A DNA stretch of 64,000 nucleotides, taken from NCBI GenBank assembly GCA_028280385.1, contig JANQLX010000002.1:249726-313725 (forward strand), in the 5' to 3' direction. This stretch comes from Allomuricauda sp. GTDB taxonomy: Bacteria > Bacteroidota > Bacteroidia > Flavobacteriales > Flavobacteriaceae. How positions within the stretch are numbered: the first letter of the stretch is position 1; each line of letters opens with the position of its first letter. This document shows, piece after piece, positions 27,752 through 37,744 of the stretch. The notes under the pieces were generated by a model. That model did not search any database. It was not told where the DNA came from and saw only the letters and a program-made list of their open reading frames with translations. The position numbers were made by a program, and so were the translations under genes.

Positions 27752-28855
27752 TTACTTGATCTTCAGCCCCTCTTGGTCCATAAACCTTCCTGTGACCAAC
27801 CATCCACCAAAATCTTCGGAAACGGCCAGGAGCAGGGTGTTCTTTCCCTTCTTTAGATCAAGATAGATGGCATCAAAAAGCCCAATGGTACCTAGGAATC
27901 TGTAATCTCGGCTTCGGAAGCGATTGTTCCCTTTATAGATGGGCTTGTTGTTCAAAAAGGCCACCACCCTGTCGCTGTAGCCAAAATCGAAAAGTTTGAT
28001 TTGGTCTTTGTCCGAAGTAATGGTCAACTTGGCAATAACCGTATTTCCCGGAACGTCGCCATCAAGCTTAACGACCCTGGCTATGTTGGCAGCAACACCT
28101 TCCTCCACATGGATTTTTTTGTTCCATTTGAGGCGGGATATTAGGGCGTCTATATTATCCAGATTGTCCAACTCCTTTTCCTCGAACTTATCCGAAACCG
28201 TCCATTCCCCAATTACATTTTCTATGGGCTTTCGGGTTCCGGCATTGAAATTTTCAATGACAGGGGTTTGATGATCTATTTTAATATTGGCTATATGAAA
28301 TCCGCGAAAAAGCCCTCCTGAAAAACTGACTCCGCCAGCCTTGGGCTCATGGAACAATTGCCAAGATAGCTGCGGCGTATCTGAATGGTCCAAAAATACC
28401 TGCGCCTGCAGTCCATTGACCACAATCTTCACATGGGTCCAGGTATTAAAGTTGTATTTATGGGGAAAGGAATATTTGGGGCCAAAGTAAAACTGCCAAT
28501 TGGCCAGTCCGTTGGTCACCGGGGTAGCTTGGTTGGCATCTGGGTTGCCAGATTGGTGCGGTCGAATGTAAAATTGCTCTGCATCATCTTCATTGATCCT
28601 AAAATACACTCCAGGAAAACCCCGGTCTTCGGTAATATAGATGTCGTATTCGATAGTCCCATTCAAAAAGGATACATCTTTAAGACCAACGGTGCCCCCT
28701 TTGAAATAGATGGTCTCCTCTCCTTTAAACTGTTCGAACATAAAAGAATCGGAATTGATCTTCAAATGGACCGTATCCAACGGAACTACTTCCTGACCGA
28801 GGACAAAAGCGAAATTAAAAAGTATAAAAGCGGGTAAAAGGAAAGTTTTGATCAT
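27752..28855 (-). CDS. secreted hypothetical protein (DUF1080/lectin-like + jelly-roll domains)
   Basis: Start MIKTFLLP (28855) gives a signal peptide ending VLG-Q; GTIEYDI, GVYFR, WTHVKIVV. Confidence 0.6.
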   Translation of the reverse strand: MIKTFLLPAFILFNFAFVLGQEVVPLDTVHLKINSDSFMFEQFKGEETIYFKGGTVGLKDVSFLNGTIEYDIYITEDRGFPGVYFRINEDDAEQFYIRPHQSGNPDANQATPVTNGLANWQFYFGPKYSFPHKYNFNTWTHVKIVVNGLQAQVFLDHSDTPQLSWQLFHEPKAGGVSFSGGLFRGFHIANIKIDHQTPVIENFNAGTRKPIENVIGEWTVSDKFEEKELDNLDNIDALISRLKWNKKIHVEEGVAANIARVVKLDGDVPGNTVIAKLTITSDKDQIKLFDFGYSDRVVAFLNNKPIYKGNNRFRSRDYRFLGTIGLFDAIYLDLKKGKNTLLLAVSEDFGGWLVTGRFMDQEGLKIK

Positions 28856-28984
28856 GACTGTATGTTTTTTGATGTTCCAAAGCTCCCACAAGCGATTCAA
28901 AATCCAAAAACAAGTTGGTTCAAGTTCATTCATTCTGGTTCAGACAGCAATTTTTTTGTGATCTTTACACCACAAATCCCAGTA

Positions 28985-30256
28985 ATGTATCCTGAAGAAA
29001 AATTGGTGCGGAAATGCTTGTTGCAGATTGAGGAAGGCCTTGGTTGGGGCGCTTCCAAAAACTGGCACAACGATGTGTTTATAGAGCTCAGTGAGCGAAT
29101 TCAACAGGAGACCAAAGTTTTATTGAGCCCGGTTACCTTAAAGCGGGTTTGGGGAAGAATCGATTACCAAAGCGCACCCAGTAAAACCACCTTGAACACC
29201 TTGGCCCAATTTGCAGGCTTTAAAAATTGGAGGGATTTTAAAGGTACATCCGGTGTTCAAAAACAAACCCCCTTTACCAAGGTGATCAGTGCTAATCTGG
29301 GCGTTATCGTCCTTAGTGCATCAATAATGACAGTGGTCTTTATTTCATTTTTCTCGCTTAAAGGTTCCCAACCAGGAACGGGAACCATTGATGCATCGCA
29401 AATTACTTTCCAAAGCAAACCCATTGCCCAAGGCTTGCCCAATACCGTTGTTTTTGATTTAGATCTTGGTGAAATCGATTCCGATAGTATCCATATCCAG
29501 CAATATTGGGACCCCACCAAGACCATCAGTCTTAAGCCAGGACAGACACTTGCCACCGGACAATATTATTCTCCCGGATATTTTCGGGCAAAACTTCTGG
29601 TGGATGGCCAAGCCATAAAGCAGCACGACCTTTTTATCAAGTCGGATGGATGGATGGCCACTTTGGACTATAGGCCCATTCCCAAATATCTACCGTCCAC
29701 GGAAATTCTGGATGGAAAGCTTGCTCTTTCGCCTGAAATTATAAACGAATTATCCAATAATCCCGAACCCATGACCTCCACGTATCATTTGGTAGATGAT
29801 TTTGAGCAGGTATCAGGAGACAATTTTCTACTGCGCAGTACGGTGCAAAATGTGTACCATGAAAAATGGGCCGTCTGCCAGAAAACGGCCATTATTGTTT
29901 TGGGTACCAAAGGTGCCATGGTAATCCCCTTTGGCATTCCTGGATGTAGCTCGGAACTGGGGATTATGATGAACGATGTGTACCTCAGTGGCAAAGAACA
30001 CGATCTTTCCGGGTTGGCAATGGATTTTACAACCCCGCAAGAGATTCAAATACAGGTGCAGGATAAAAACCTAAAAATAACCCAAGGGCAAAAGGCACTC
30101 TTTTCCGGAAGCTATACGGAAAGTCTTGGAAGAGTGGTCGGGCTGCGCTACCGATTTTGGGGCGCAGGGGAAGTGCACAGTTGCCACCTTAGCAGTTTAG
30201 ACCAAGATGTAACCGTGAGTGCGGCAGCCTTGAACACCAATAAAACGGTGAACTAA
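28985..30256 (+). CDS. putative membrane-spanning one-component regulator (HTH-like N-terminus, TM, periplasmic beta domain)
   Basis: ELSERIQQETKVLLSPVTLKRVWG...TLNTLAQFAGFKNWRDF, one TM, then a PKD-like GYFRAKL region. ATG 28985. Confidence 0.6.
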   Translation: MYPEEKLVRKCLLQIEEGLGWGASKNWHNDVFIELSERIQQETKVLLSPVTLKRVWGRIDYQSAPSKTTLNTLAQFAGFKNWRDFKGTSGVQKQTPFTKVISANLGVIVLSASIMTVVFISFFSLKGSQPGTGTIDASQITFQSKPIAQGLPNTVVFDLDLGEIDSDSIHIQQYWDPTKTISLKPGQTLATGQYYSPGYFRAKLLVDGQAIKQHDLFIKSDGWMATLDYRPIPKYLPSTEILDGKLALSPEIINELSNNPEPMTSTYHLVDDFEQVSGDNFLLRSTVQNVYHEKWAVCQKTAIIVLGTKGAMVIPFGIPGCSSELGIMMNDVYLSGKEHDLSGLAMDFTTPQEIQIQVQDKNLKITQGQKALFSGSYTESLGRVVGLRYRFWGAGEVHSCHLSSLDQDVTVSAAALNTNKTVN

Positions 30257-30260
30257 TGCC

Positions 30261-30479
30261 TCAGTTCGCGTAATAGCTCAACGCTCCGGATGGACATTGG
30301 TCTATCTGGTTCCTAAGCTCTTCAGTGCTTGCGTTTTCGGGCTTTATCCATGGCTTTTCCCTTGGATTATAGACCTTGGGCAAGGTTTTTACACAAATTC
30401 CTGCATGCTCGCACAGTTTGGGTTTCCAGACCACCGTCAATTCACCGTTGGAATATTCCTTTTTTAATCCTTCTGCCAT
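30261..30479 (-). CDS. divergent 4Fe-4S mono-cluster protein (YjdI-like)
   Basis: CEHAGIC...CPSGALSY. Confidence 0.88.
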   Translation of the reverse strand: MAEGLKKEYSNGELTVVWKPKLCEHAGICVKTLPKVYNPREKPWIKPENASTEELRNQIDQCPSGALSYYAN

Positions 30480-30523
30480 TACTTTCTTTTTGGGTTCTAC
30501 TTTTCCGTAATGACTTTAAGTTA

Positions 30524-30531
30524 CAAATTTA
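30524..30531 (-). promoter_or_regulatory. Bacteroidetes sigma70 -7 element
   Basis: TAAATTTG on the minus strand, an exact TAnnTTTG, 45 bp upstream of ATG 30479. Confidence 0.5.
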
Positions 30532-30542
30532 TTTGGCCGGAT

Positions 30543-30848
30543 TCAACTTTGGTCATCGGTCTGGGCTTGATCCGAGACCTGACGCTCCTTAAAATAAAAC
30601 CCAATGATGAAACCCAATGGTCCCGATAATATGGATGAAACCGTGGTGAGCAGGTCTTTATAGTCTTCGGTACCAAATTCCTGGGTGTTGTACCCAATCC
30701 AAAAAGTGATGAAAATCACGATAAAGAAAAGCACCACAAAAAGTACGGCCAATACTCCTCGGTTCTTTTCCCGTTTAATGTCCCCGCTCTGTTTGATGAC
30801 CACATTTTCTATACGCTGGCCAATGTCTGCTATAATATTTGCGCTCAT
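30543..30848 (-). CDS. small 2-TM hypothetical protein
   Basis: Two hydrophobic helices, the second ending IIGFYF; 1 bp from the upstream stop. Confidence 0.7.
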   Translation of the reverse strand: MSANIIADIGQRIENVVIKQSGDIKREKNRGVLAVLFVVLFFIVIFITFWIGYNTQEFGTEDYKDLLTTVSSILSGPLGFIIGFYFKERQVSDQAQTDDQS

Positions 30849-30849
30849 T

Positions 30850-31041
30850 TTATTTCATTTTTTGGATTTTGTAGTTGGGATATTGGGATTCCATGTCAAT
30901 TCTAATCTCCTCTTGGATTTTATCCATTGCCTTGTCATCGGGCATCTTTAAGTCCGGATTCAATTCTACGATACGCTCTAAAATACGTTTGGTGAATTCG
31001 AGTTCATACTCCAATTCCAATCTTGATTTCTCTCTTTTCAT
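30850..31041 (-). CDS. small helical hypothetical protein, 63 aa
   Basis: Fits exactly between neighbours (18 bp and 1 bp gaps), same strand. Confidence 0.65.
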   Translation of the reverse strand: MKREKSRLELEYELEFTKRILERIVELNPDLKMPDDKAMDKIQEEIRIDMESQYPNYKIQKMK

Positions 31042-31059
31042 CTGTCTATGGTGTTGTAT

Positions 31060-32688
31060 TTAAATTAGTGAGGCTATTAATGCTGCTGGGTCTGCCACGG
31101 GTTCTGCCTTGTCCAAACCGCATTCTTTGATGAATCGGTTGGTAAACAACTTTTGCATTTCCGGGCTCAGCAGGGCTGTTCTGTATTCCCGCCAGGTTTT
31201 GGCATCATCACCATACATGAAATCGGACAAGCTTGGTTTGTTCCAATTGGCATCCACAAAGGACCAATCCGCGTTTTTACCCCAATGCATGGTAAATTCA
31301 ATGCCATTTTGGTGCAGGGCCTTCATCATTTCCCGGCTTAACCCGTTAAGGGTACCAAGGTTCTTCTTTTCATTCCATAGCACGCCATCAATTTCTATCA
31401 TACAGGTTTTGTCCCAACGTGCGAAGGACAGGGTGGCCTTGGATTTTTTAATAAAACGCATGGCAAATATTCCGGGAACAGGGCCCTTGTCAATGCTCAC
31501 CTTGGATAAGATTTTTAGAGCTTCGCTGCTCTTATCGGCAGAGACCCCAAATGATATGGCAAAAGCCGGCCCCTGGTACGGCGCATCCCAAAAAGTTTCG
31601 GCCAATGTACCAGTGGAAACTTCGTTTACCGCGGGTAGGATGCTATTTTTTAGGGCATTGATAAACAACGGAATCGTAAAAGTAACGGTCGACCCAAAAT
31701 TGACCGCCAAGCGAATCAAGTCGCGGTACACCGATTTTTTAATGACCGGGAATGGGTCTGGATAGCTCGTTTTATAGTCGTGCATATAGATAAACTCCAC
31801 AACGTAGTCGGAATCCTTGTCCTCGCGATATTGGTTGATAAAGATTTTGTAATGGTACGGGCTTCTCCCCTTTCCATTTTCAACTTCTTCCGGGATATCG
31901 GTGAAGCTGTCAAAGTTGAGGGTGTTGGCCAGCTCCAGGGCCTTTTTCTTCTTTATTTTTCTCACGTACCGCTTAAGGAGAAAAAGATTCCTGGCCTCAA
32001 TGACCACCCCGTGAATAAACCCAAAGGAGCCCAAGCCTACCAGTGCTGCATTAAAGAGTCCGTCATTGCGTATGACCCTTGATCGCATTTTTTGGGCAAA
32101 TACGTCATTTAGCGCAGGTTTGGTGTGTGGCTCCAGGTACACAATATCCCCCGGATTTGGCCCAATGATCAAATTGAGGCCAACCACATAATCTTGCACA
32201 GAGCCTACCTTAATGGCGGAACCATGGACCCCTGTTGAGATGCATCCCGCAATGGTCTGCCCATTACTCGCGCCTGTGGTTTTCAATGCTTTGCCATGTC
32301 CTTCCAGTTTTTCGGAGATTTCCTTGATAATGTTCCCACATTGGAACAGGAACAAATTTTCGGCCTTGTAATTTGAATTGCTGTGCAGATCTTGGTCCTT
32401 AAAGGAAAAATAAGTGTTCATATGGGCATTGAAGTGCATCCGGTCCTTTTGGTGGGCCACGTGCGACAGTGACCATGCCGAACCGTAGGCCCTAAATCCT
32501 TCATTTTGGTTTTGGGTCTCCTTGATCAATTTCTGGATTTCCTGGGCAGCGTCGTTATATCGGTCCAGTTCTGAGGGCATCAAACTGGAAGCCTCTAGCT
32601 TGGTTTTGTATAAAGTCTTAAGCTCCCATGGGCCATTATTGTGTAAAGTATCCCATTCTGTCAACGATAGTTTAGTTGTCCTAGCCAT
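31060..32688 (-). CDS. FAD-linked oxidase (VAO/ALO, aldonolactone oxidase-like)
   Basis: GSAWSLS, GQTIAGCISTGVHGS, LVGLGSFG FAD-binding motifs; C-terminal HWGK. Confidence 0.85.
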   Translation of the reverse strand: MARTTKLSLTEWDTLHNNGPWELKTLYKTKLEASSLMPSELDRYNDAAQEIQKLIKETQNQNEGFRAYGSAWSLSHVAHQKDRMHFNAHMNTYFSFKDQDLHSNSNYKAENLFLFQCGNIIKEISEKLEGHGKALKTTGASNGQTIAGCISTGVHGSAIKVGSVQDYVVGLNLIIGPNPGDIVYLEPHTKPALNDVFAQKMRSRVIRNDGLFNAALVGLGSFGFIHGVVIEARNLFLLKRYVRKIKKKKALELANTLNFDSFTDIPEEVENGKGRSPYHYKIFINQYREDKDSDYVVEFIYMHDYKTSYPDPFPVIKKSVYRDLIRLAVNFGSTVTFTIPLFINALKNSILPAVNEVSTGTLAETFWDAPYQGPAFAISFGVSADKSSEALKILSKVSIDKGPVPGIFAMRFIKKSKATLSFARWDKTCMIEIDGVLWNEKKNLGTLNGLSREMMKALHQNGIEFTMHWGKNADWSFVDANWNKPSLSDFMYGDDAKTWREYRTALLSPEMQKLFTNRFIKECGLDKAEPVADPAALIASLI

Positions 32689-32694
32689 GTCCCC

Positions 32695-33054
32695 TTAGTT
32701 TGATTTCATACATACATATTTGATCTTCACTTTTCGCTTGCGTCCGAAAGTGATTCCACTCAACAAAACCGCACCTAGGGTATTCCTGTACTCCACGGTG
32801 TGCAACTTCCCACTTGGACATTTATCGGTTTTTCTGATGAGATAGGTAAAATCCTTGTGGACGGGACCAATGGTGATCACCGTGTCCAGTTCAATGACTT
32901 CCATATTCCTGTAATAATCGTCCCTTACCAGGGGCGCTGCGGGTTCGTAAGCTCCTTCAACACTTCTCAAGCGTACGGAATAGCATGAATTTAAAAGAAG
33001 AATTACAATGAAGAGCAATAGCAAAACGGGCAATAGATAACGCTTAAATTGCAT
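32695..33054 (-). CDS. Bor/Iss-like small lipoprotein
   Basis: Lipobox LLNSC; CPSGKLHTVEYRNTLGAVLLSGITFG...YVC resembles the Bor C-terminal pattern. Confidence 0.55.
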   Translation of the reverse strand: MQFKRYLLPVLLLLFIVILLLNSCYSVRLRSVEGAYEPAAPLVRDDYYRNMEVIELDTVITIGPVHKDFTYLIRKTDKCPSGKLHTVEYRNTLGAVLLSGITFGRKRKVKIKYVCMKSN

Positions 33055-33278
33055 TTTGAATAAATTAGAATGTTGTCAAAAAAGGGGAACCGAGGGTATG
33101 CCCACAATGGGGATAGAGATCAAAAAATGGGGGAAGAAAAAAGTACTAAATACCTGACAATTAAATATATATAATTTTTAGGATAATCAATTGCAGTAAA
33201 TCCTTAAAAATTCTGGGGATTGTTTGAGGACAACTTACCAATATTCCCCAACTAAATTGCAGCCACAGTTTAGGTCCG

Positions 33279-35723
33279 CTAGTTGACCCTTTGTTTTTCT
33301 TCTTCAGAGCCCGTGCCCCTTTGACGCGCAGATTTTAGTTTACTGTTGCCAAAACTGTTGGTGTAGGATATCAAAAATGTGCGATTGAACAAATCAAAGG
33401 TATTGTCCGTAACCAAATTCTCCTCGGGTATGTTTCGCGTGATACTCCATTTCATGGTGTCCAGTGCATCATTGAGCTTTATGGAAATGGCCCCTCCATT
33501 TTTGCCAAGTTTTTGCTGAATCCCTAAATTAAGACCAACAATCTCCTGCAACACGCCTGTTCCCAGAAATCCACTTATGGTTGGGCTATTGTAGTTTAAA
33601 TTGATTTCCGCGGAAAGTTTCTCGTTTATTACAAAGGATTGGGTGCTGTTTAAATTGAAAGTGTTCTGGTTAAATGTCAATGGGCCGTCCTCGAAAGTAT
33701 TCTCTACTTGGGTGTTTAGATAGGTGAGGTTGTTCTGGACCTTCCACCAATTGGTGAAGGTTATTGGTAGTCCCATGGTGATTGAAAATATGTTAAACCG
33801 GTCCAAGTTGTCCGCCCCAAAAATGAGCCGTTCATTTACCTCATCAAATCTGGATTGAAATCTGGATATGGTTCCATTTTCCACTGAATACTGCATGGAT
33901 AAAATCAATGACCTATAATTGAAGTCCATTTTGACCGCATTTGAGATAGCTGGTTGCACTGCGGGATTGCCAGCAACAAAGGTGGTGGGGTCAAGAAAAA
34001 TCACAAAAGGAGCCAAGTCGTTGAACGTTGGGCGTGTAATCCGTCTCGAATAGGAAAAATTATAGCCCAAAGTGTCGTTGATTTTATGCGATAGGAAAAT
34101 TGTTGGGAAAAGCTCCCCAAAGCTCCTATCCACAACCACACCCTGCTTGTCCGATACCAATTCTGAATCTGTATGTTCGTATCTAAGACCCATTTGGAGA
34201 CTGGTTTTATCAGAAATGGAATAGTGAAGACTTCCATAAGTGGCCAAAATCCTTTCTTTTAGATTACTAAAATTGGTCAGATCATCATCCTCCACAAAGT
34301 TGTTGCCTTGGAAAGTACCTACCATCACATCGTTGTCAAAATCACTGAAAGCTGCTTTTACCCCTGTCTCCAATTTAACTTTTGGGCTTATCTGATTGCT
34401 GTAATCGACCTTGCCCACAATAATATCTATGGGAGTTGTTTTATCACTATTGGTCAGTTCTTCCCGCAAAAAATTATTGTTCCCATCAAAGAAGCTGTTG
34501 GTATAGTTAGTAGGATTTTCAATATTGTACCTTAGGTAATCCATATCAAAACTGATAAAGCCGCCTTCCTTATAATCATGTCGGACATTAAAATTGGCCC
34601 CGAAATTCTTAAGTTGGTTGCGCTCGGTGGTCAATAGTTCCACAAAGGCATCACGACTCCCATTTACGGTTTCCACACTTTCATTGACCGCATCCATGGT
34701 CCATTTGTTGTCATTGGCCCACACCAATGCCCCGAGAATAGTCTTGTCCGAGGTTTGTATATCAATCCCTGCGCGGGCGCCATGATTACGTTGTACAGGG
34801 TCCCTGTTGGAAATAGTGGCAATGTTGGCAGGCAGATCGTTGCTATTTACAAAGCTCCTGTCCAAATCAAAGATTTGTTTTTGGCCATTTCGCAGAAACG
34901 AATAATCCCCAAAAATGTTGACCTTGTTATTGCGATAATTAAAATTGATATTATTGGTAATGGTACTGCCATTTCCCGCACCTGCTGAAATTGCATACGA
35001 ACCATTTAAACCCAAATCTGTGCGTTGTTTCAACACAATGTTGATAAAGCCTGCATTTCCTTCGGCATCAAAATTGGCGGGAGGCGTGGTTATCAACTCG
35101 ATGGTTTCGATATTATCGGAACTCATTCCCTGTAGTATCTGAACCAAACTTGCCGTTGGCATATAGGTCTGTTTGCCATTGATCATGACCACCACACCAC
35201 TCTTGCCCACCAATGAAATCCCATTGTTTTGCCGATCAATGATCACCCCTGGGGAACGTTCCAAGACTTCCAAGGCAGAGGAACCGGTAGATATGATGCT
35301 GCTGGCCACATTGATCACCATTCGATCTATCTTTTGGACATAAAGGTTCTTTTTAGTGCTTACCACTACTTCGTCCAATGCAAGACCTTCCGATAAGGTG
35401 AACAAGGGAATTGTTTTGACACCCCCATCAAAACGGAACACCTCTGTGGTCTGCGACCCAAAGCCAATCATGCTGGCCGTCACTTTGTAATTGCCGGTAG
35501 GAATGTCTTCCAAAATAAACTGACCTTCTTCTGAGGTAATGGTTCCCTTGATCAAAGTGGAATCACTGGCTTTGAGCAAAAGCACATTGGCATAGGCCAA
35601 AGGGTTTTCAGAATCGTCCTGGACTGTCCCTTTTATAGTATTTTGTCCCTGAAGTGCTTGGGCCAAAAGCGTACAAATGCCAATAATGAGCCGTCCCCTG
35701 GCACTTTTGAATGGATATTTCAT
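33279..35723 (-). CDS. TonB-dependent receptor-like outer membrane beta-barrel protein
   Basis: Signal ending LQG-Q; carboxypeptidase-regulatory-like domain; plug LEVLERSPGV...IETIELITTPPANFDAEGNAGFINIVLK. Confidence 0.9.
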   Translation of the reverse strand: MKYPFKSARGRLIIGICTLLAQALQGQNTIKGTVQDDSENPLAYANVLLLKASDSTLIKGTITSEEGQFILEDIPTGNYKVTASMIGFGSQTTEVFRFDGGVKTIPLFTLSEGLALDEVVVSTKKNLYVQKIDRMVINVASSIISTGSSALEVLERSPGVIIDRQNNGISLVGKSGVVVMINGKQTYMPTASLVQILQGMSSDNIETIELITTPPANFDAEGNAGFINIVLKQRTDLGLNGSYAISAGAGNGSTITNNINFNYRNNKVNIFGDYSFLRNGQKQIFDLDRSFVNSNDLPANIATISNRDPVQRNHGARAGIDIQTSDKTILGALVWANDNKWTMDAVNESVETVNGSRDAFVELLTTERNQLKNFGANFNVRHDYKEGGFISFDMDYLRYNIENPTNYTNSFFDGNNNFLREELTNSDKTTPIDIIVGKVDYSNQISPKVKLETGVKAAFSDFDNDVMVGTFQGNNFVEDDDLTNFSNLKERILATYGSLHYSISDKTSLQMGLRYEHTDSELVSDKQGVVVDRSFGELFPTIFLSHKINDTLGYNFSYSRRITRPTFNDLAPFVIFLDPTTFVAGNPAVQPAISNAVKMDFNYRSLILSMQYSVENGTISRFQSRFDEVNERLIFGADNLDRFNIFSITMGLPITFTNWWKVQNNLTYLNTQVENTFEDGPLTFNQNTFNLNSTQSFVINEKLSAEINLNYNSPTISGFLGTGVLQEIVGLNLGIQQKLGKNGGAISIKLNDALDTMKWSITRNIPEENLVTDNTFDLFNRTFLISYTNSFGNSKLKSARQRGTGSEEEKQRVN

Positions 35724-36019
35724 CTATCTAGGTGGTTGATTACCTGTTAAGGGTGCTATATCAACTTGAGGGGCTACTTCTAAAATTATCGGCATGTTTT
35801 CCCATATAAAAATGGCCTTACCGGGTTAGCGGGGAACTAACTCTAATCCTTGGACCACCAGCATCTATAAAAGTATGTGCTGATAAGCTAAATGGAAGTT
35901 ACTACAATTTAACAAACACCCATGCGAAATATGTAAAAAAGAGGGTTTTTGGAAAATCCACGGTCAAATGCGGAAAGAAAAATCCCAAAAAGACAGTTTG
36001 GTCTGCTAATTTGGAGATA

Positions 36020-36886
36020 TTAAGGTTTGTTGGAAACCACAAGCTCGTCATTTTCCCATACACCGCTGGCAACAATATCACCTTTTTTGCCGTAAAATGC
36101 CCCTTCGCCCATCCGCTCATCATCTTTCCATTGCCCAACGAACTTTTCGCCATTGGGCCAGTGATAGGTTCCTTTTCCAGAACGTTTGTCATTGGCATAG
36201 GAGCCGGAATAATATTGTCCATCTGCCCAATAGAAAGACCCTTCGCCATGGCGGTTGTTGTCCTTCCACTCCCCTACATATCGGCTTCCGGTATTTAAGA
36301 TGGCCACACCATATCCATTGGCCTTTCCGTCTTTCACCTGACCCACATAGTGCATAAGACTTCCTTTGCTATTGGTGAACGTGAGGTACTGCCCCGAAGA
36401 TTTTCTTTTCAATTGTTTTTGTAGTTGGGCCAACTGCACTTTTGCTTTTTCCAAGGCGAAATTAAGGGAGTCGTATTGCTGAATTTCCTTTGGAGCGGTA
36501 TTGATAATGGAAGTCAAGGAATCCAATCGCTCCAACAACGCTGCTTGTGCAGAATCCCTTTGTGGCCTGGATTTGAGCTTCAGTAATTTTTGGGTTAAGG
36601 AAATACGAAGCTCCAGATCAGCTTCCTCTGCCAATTGATGCTCTTGATATTTTTCCTGATAGGCCTTTAGCGCTTGCGAGTAGTCATCCCCATCAATGAT
36701 CATGGCATCAATCTTTGTCAATTCATCTTCCTCCATCAAGTCATCGCCCATAAGTTCTTCATGAGCAGATTGCGCTATGGCCAAGTCCTGTTGTAGTTGT
36801 TGTGTCTTTATATAAAAGAAAACAGCAAAACCAAGGGTCAAGGCCAAAATGGCATAAACGGCTTTGGAAAGAAGGTGTTTTTTCAT
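36020..36886 (-). CDS. membrane-anchored coiled-coil MORN-repeat protein
   Basis: N-terminal TM; about 4-5 MORN repeats (YVGEWKDNNRHGEG etc.). Confidence 0.85.
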   Translation of the reverse strand: MKKHLLSKAVYAILALTLGFAVFFYIKTQQLQQDLAIAQSAHEELMGDDLMEEDELTKIDAMIIDGDDYSQALKAYQEKYQEHQLAEEADLELRISLTQKLLKLKSRPQRDSAQAALLERLDSLTSIINTAPKEIQQYDSLNFALEKAKVQLAQLQKQLKRKSSGQYLTFTNSKGSLMHYVGQVKDGKANGYGVAILNTGSRYVGEWKDNNRHGEGSFYWADGQYYSGSYANDKRSGKGTYHWPNGEKFVGQWKDDERMGEGAFYGKKGDIVASGVWENDELVVSNKP

Positions 36887-36920
36887 GTTGGATGCTATTG
36901 GCTACGTTTCATATACGTTG

Positions 36921-37742
36921 CTAATCATCAAAATGGATTTCGGGGAGTTTATTTTTTACTTTTCTGATATCTGGGGAGAAGTACACATGAAAGCGCATTG
37001 TCCAACCTTGCTTATAGATCCCGCCATTCTCCAGGGTTTGGCCTTGGGAGTACATAAGTCCTCCGGCCACAGTCAACCTGGGTGTTAGGATATAGCCCAA
37101 AGTAGTGGTCAAACGCAAATCCTCCATAGGGCTGGCCACGACCGCTTTTCCGCTTTGCATGATCAATTCTGCCTCTGGGGAGACATAAAGGGTGCTGGGC
37201 TCCAATTTATAGTTGTTCAGGGGAATTTTGGCCCTAAACATATATCTCCATCGGTTTCTAAAAATATATTCGCTGTCTTCGGCAAATCCTTGCGTCCATC
37301 GATGCTCAATACGCAGCCTATGATAAATCATGGAATTGTACAAGGGCATTGCAAATTGGTATTGGTGCCAAATCCTAAACTCAGGGACCACTGGACGATC
37401 ATCTGAATCCTCGTCTGTATTAAAATTGACCCGAAGCACTCCCCCTAAACTAAAGTTTACCTTTTTGGAGTAGATATAACCAATGGCGTGCCGATTATAA
37501 ATCTGACCTATTTGACCTATAAAGGGTGTGTCCTCGGTCTCTTCAAAACGGAAATGGGTCTGGGCATCCCAGAACAAGCGTTTCGAAATACGGATGTTAC
37601 CGTAGGTATTGAACCATACTTTGGTACTGGGGTCCTTGTATTTGGAGGTTGTGGGCAAAACCTCTTCCTCCTGGGCATGACCAGCGGAAAGAATAAACAA
37701 TAACAACACAACCCTAAGGAAATATTCCAATAACTTTTTCAT
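36921..37742 (-). CDS. DUF2490 outer-membrane beta-barrel protein
   Basis: Signal peptide; EFRIWHQY, HRLRIEHRW, RNRWRYM motifs. Confidence 0.8.
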   Translation of the reverse strand: MKKLLEYFLRVVLLLFILSAGHAQEEEVLPTTSKYKDPSTKVWFNTYGNIRISKRLFWDAQTHFRFEETEDTPFIGQIGQIYNRHAIGYIYSKKVNFSLGGVLRVNFNTDEDSDDRPVVPEFRIWHQYQFAMPLYNSMIYHRLRIEHRWTQGFAEDSEYIFRNRWRYMFRAKIPLNNYKLEPSTLYVSPEAELIMQSGKAVVASPMEDLRLTTTLGYILTPRLTVAGGLMYSQGQTLENGGIYKQGWTMRFHVYFSPDIRKVKNKLPEIHFDD

Positions 37743-37744
37743 GC

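Noticed and set aside
30543-33054. Prophage remnant (Bor-like lipoprotein plus holin-like 2-TM protein)
   Set aside because: No integrase, endolysin, structural phage genes or att-like repeats were seen.
35724-36019. Possible riboswitch in the 296-bp leader of the TonB-dependent receptor
   Set aside because: No TPP, cobalamin or SAM consensus segments were recognisable by eye; an Infernal/Rfam scan would be decisive.
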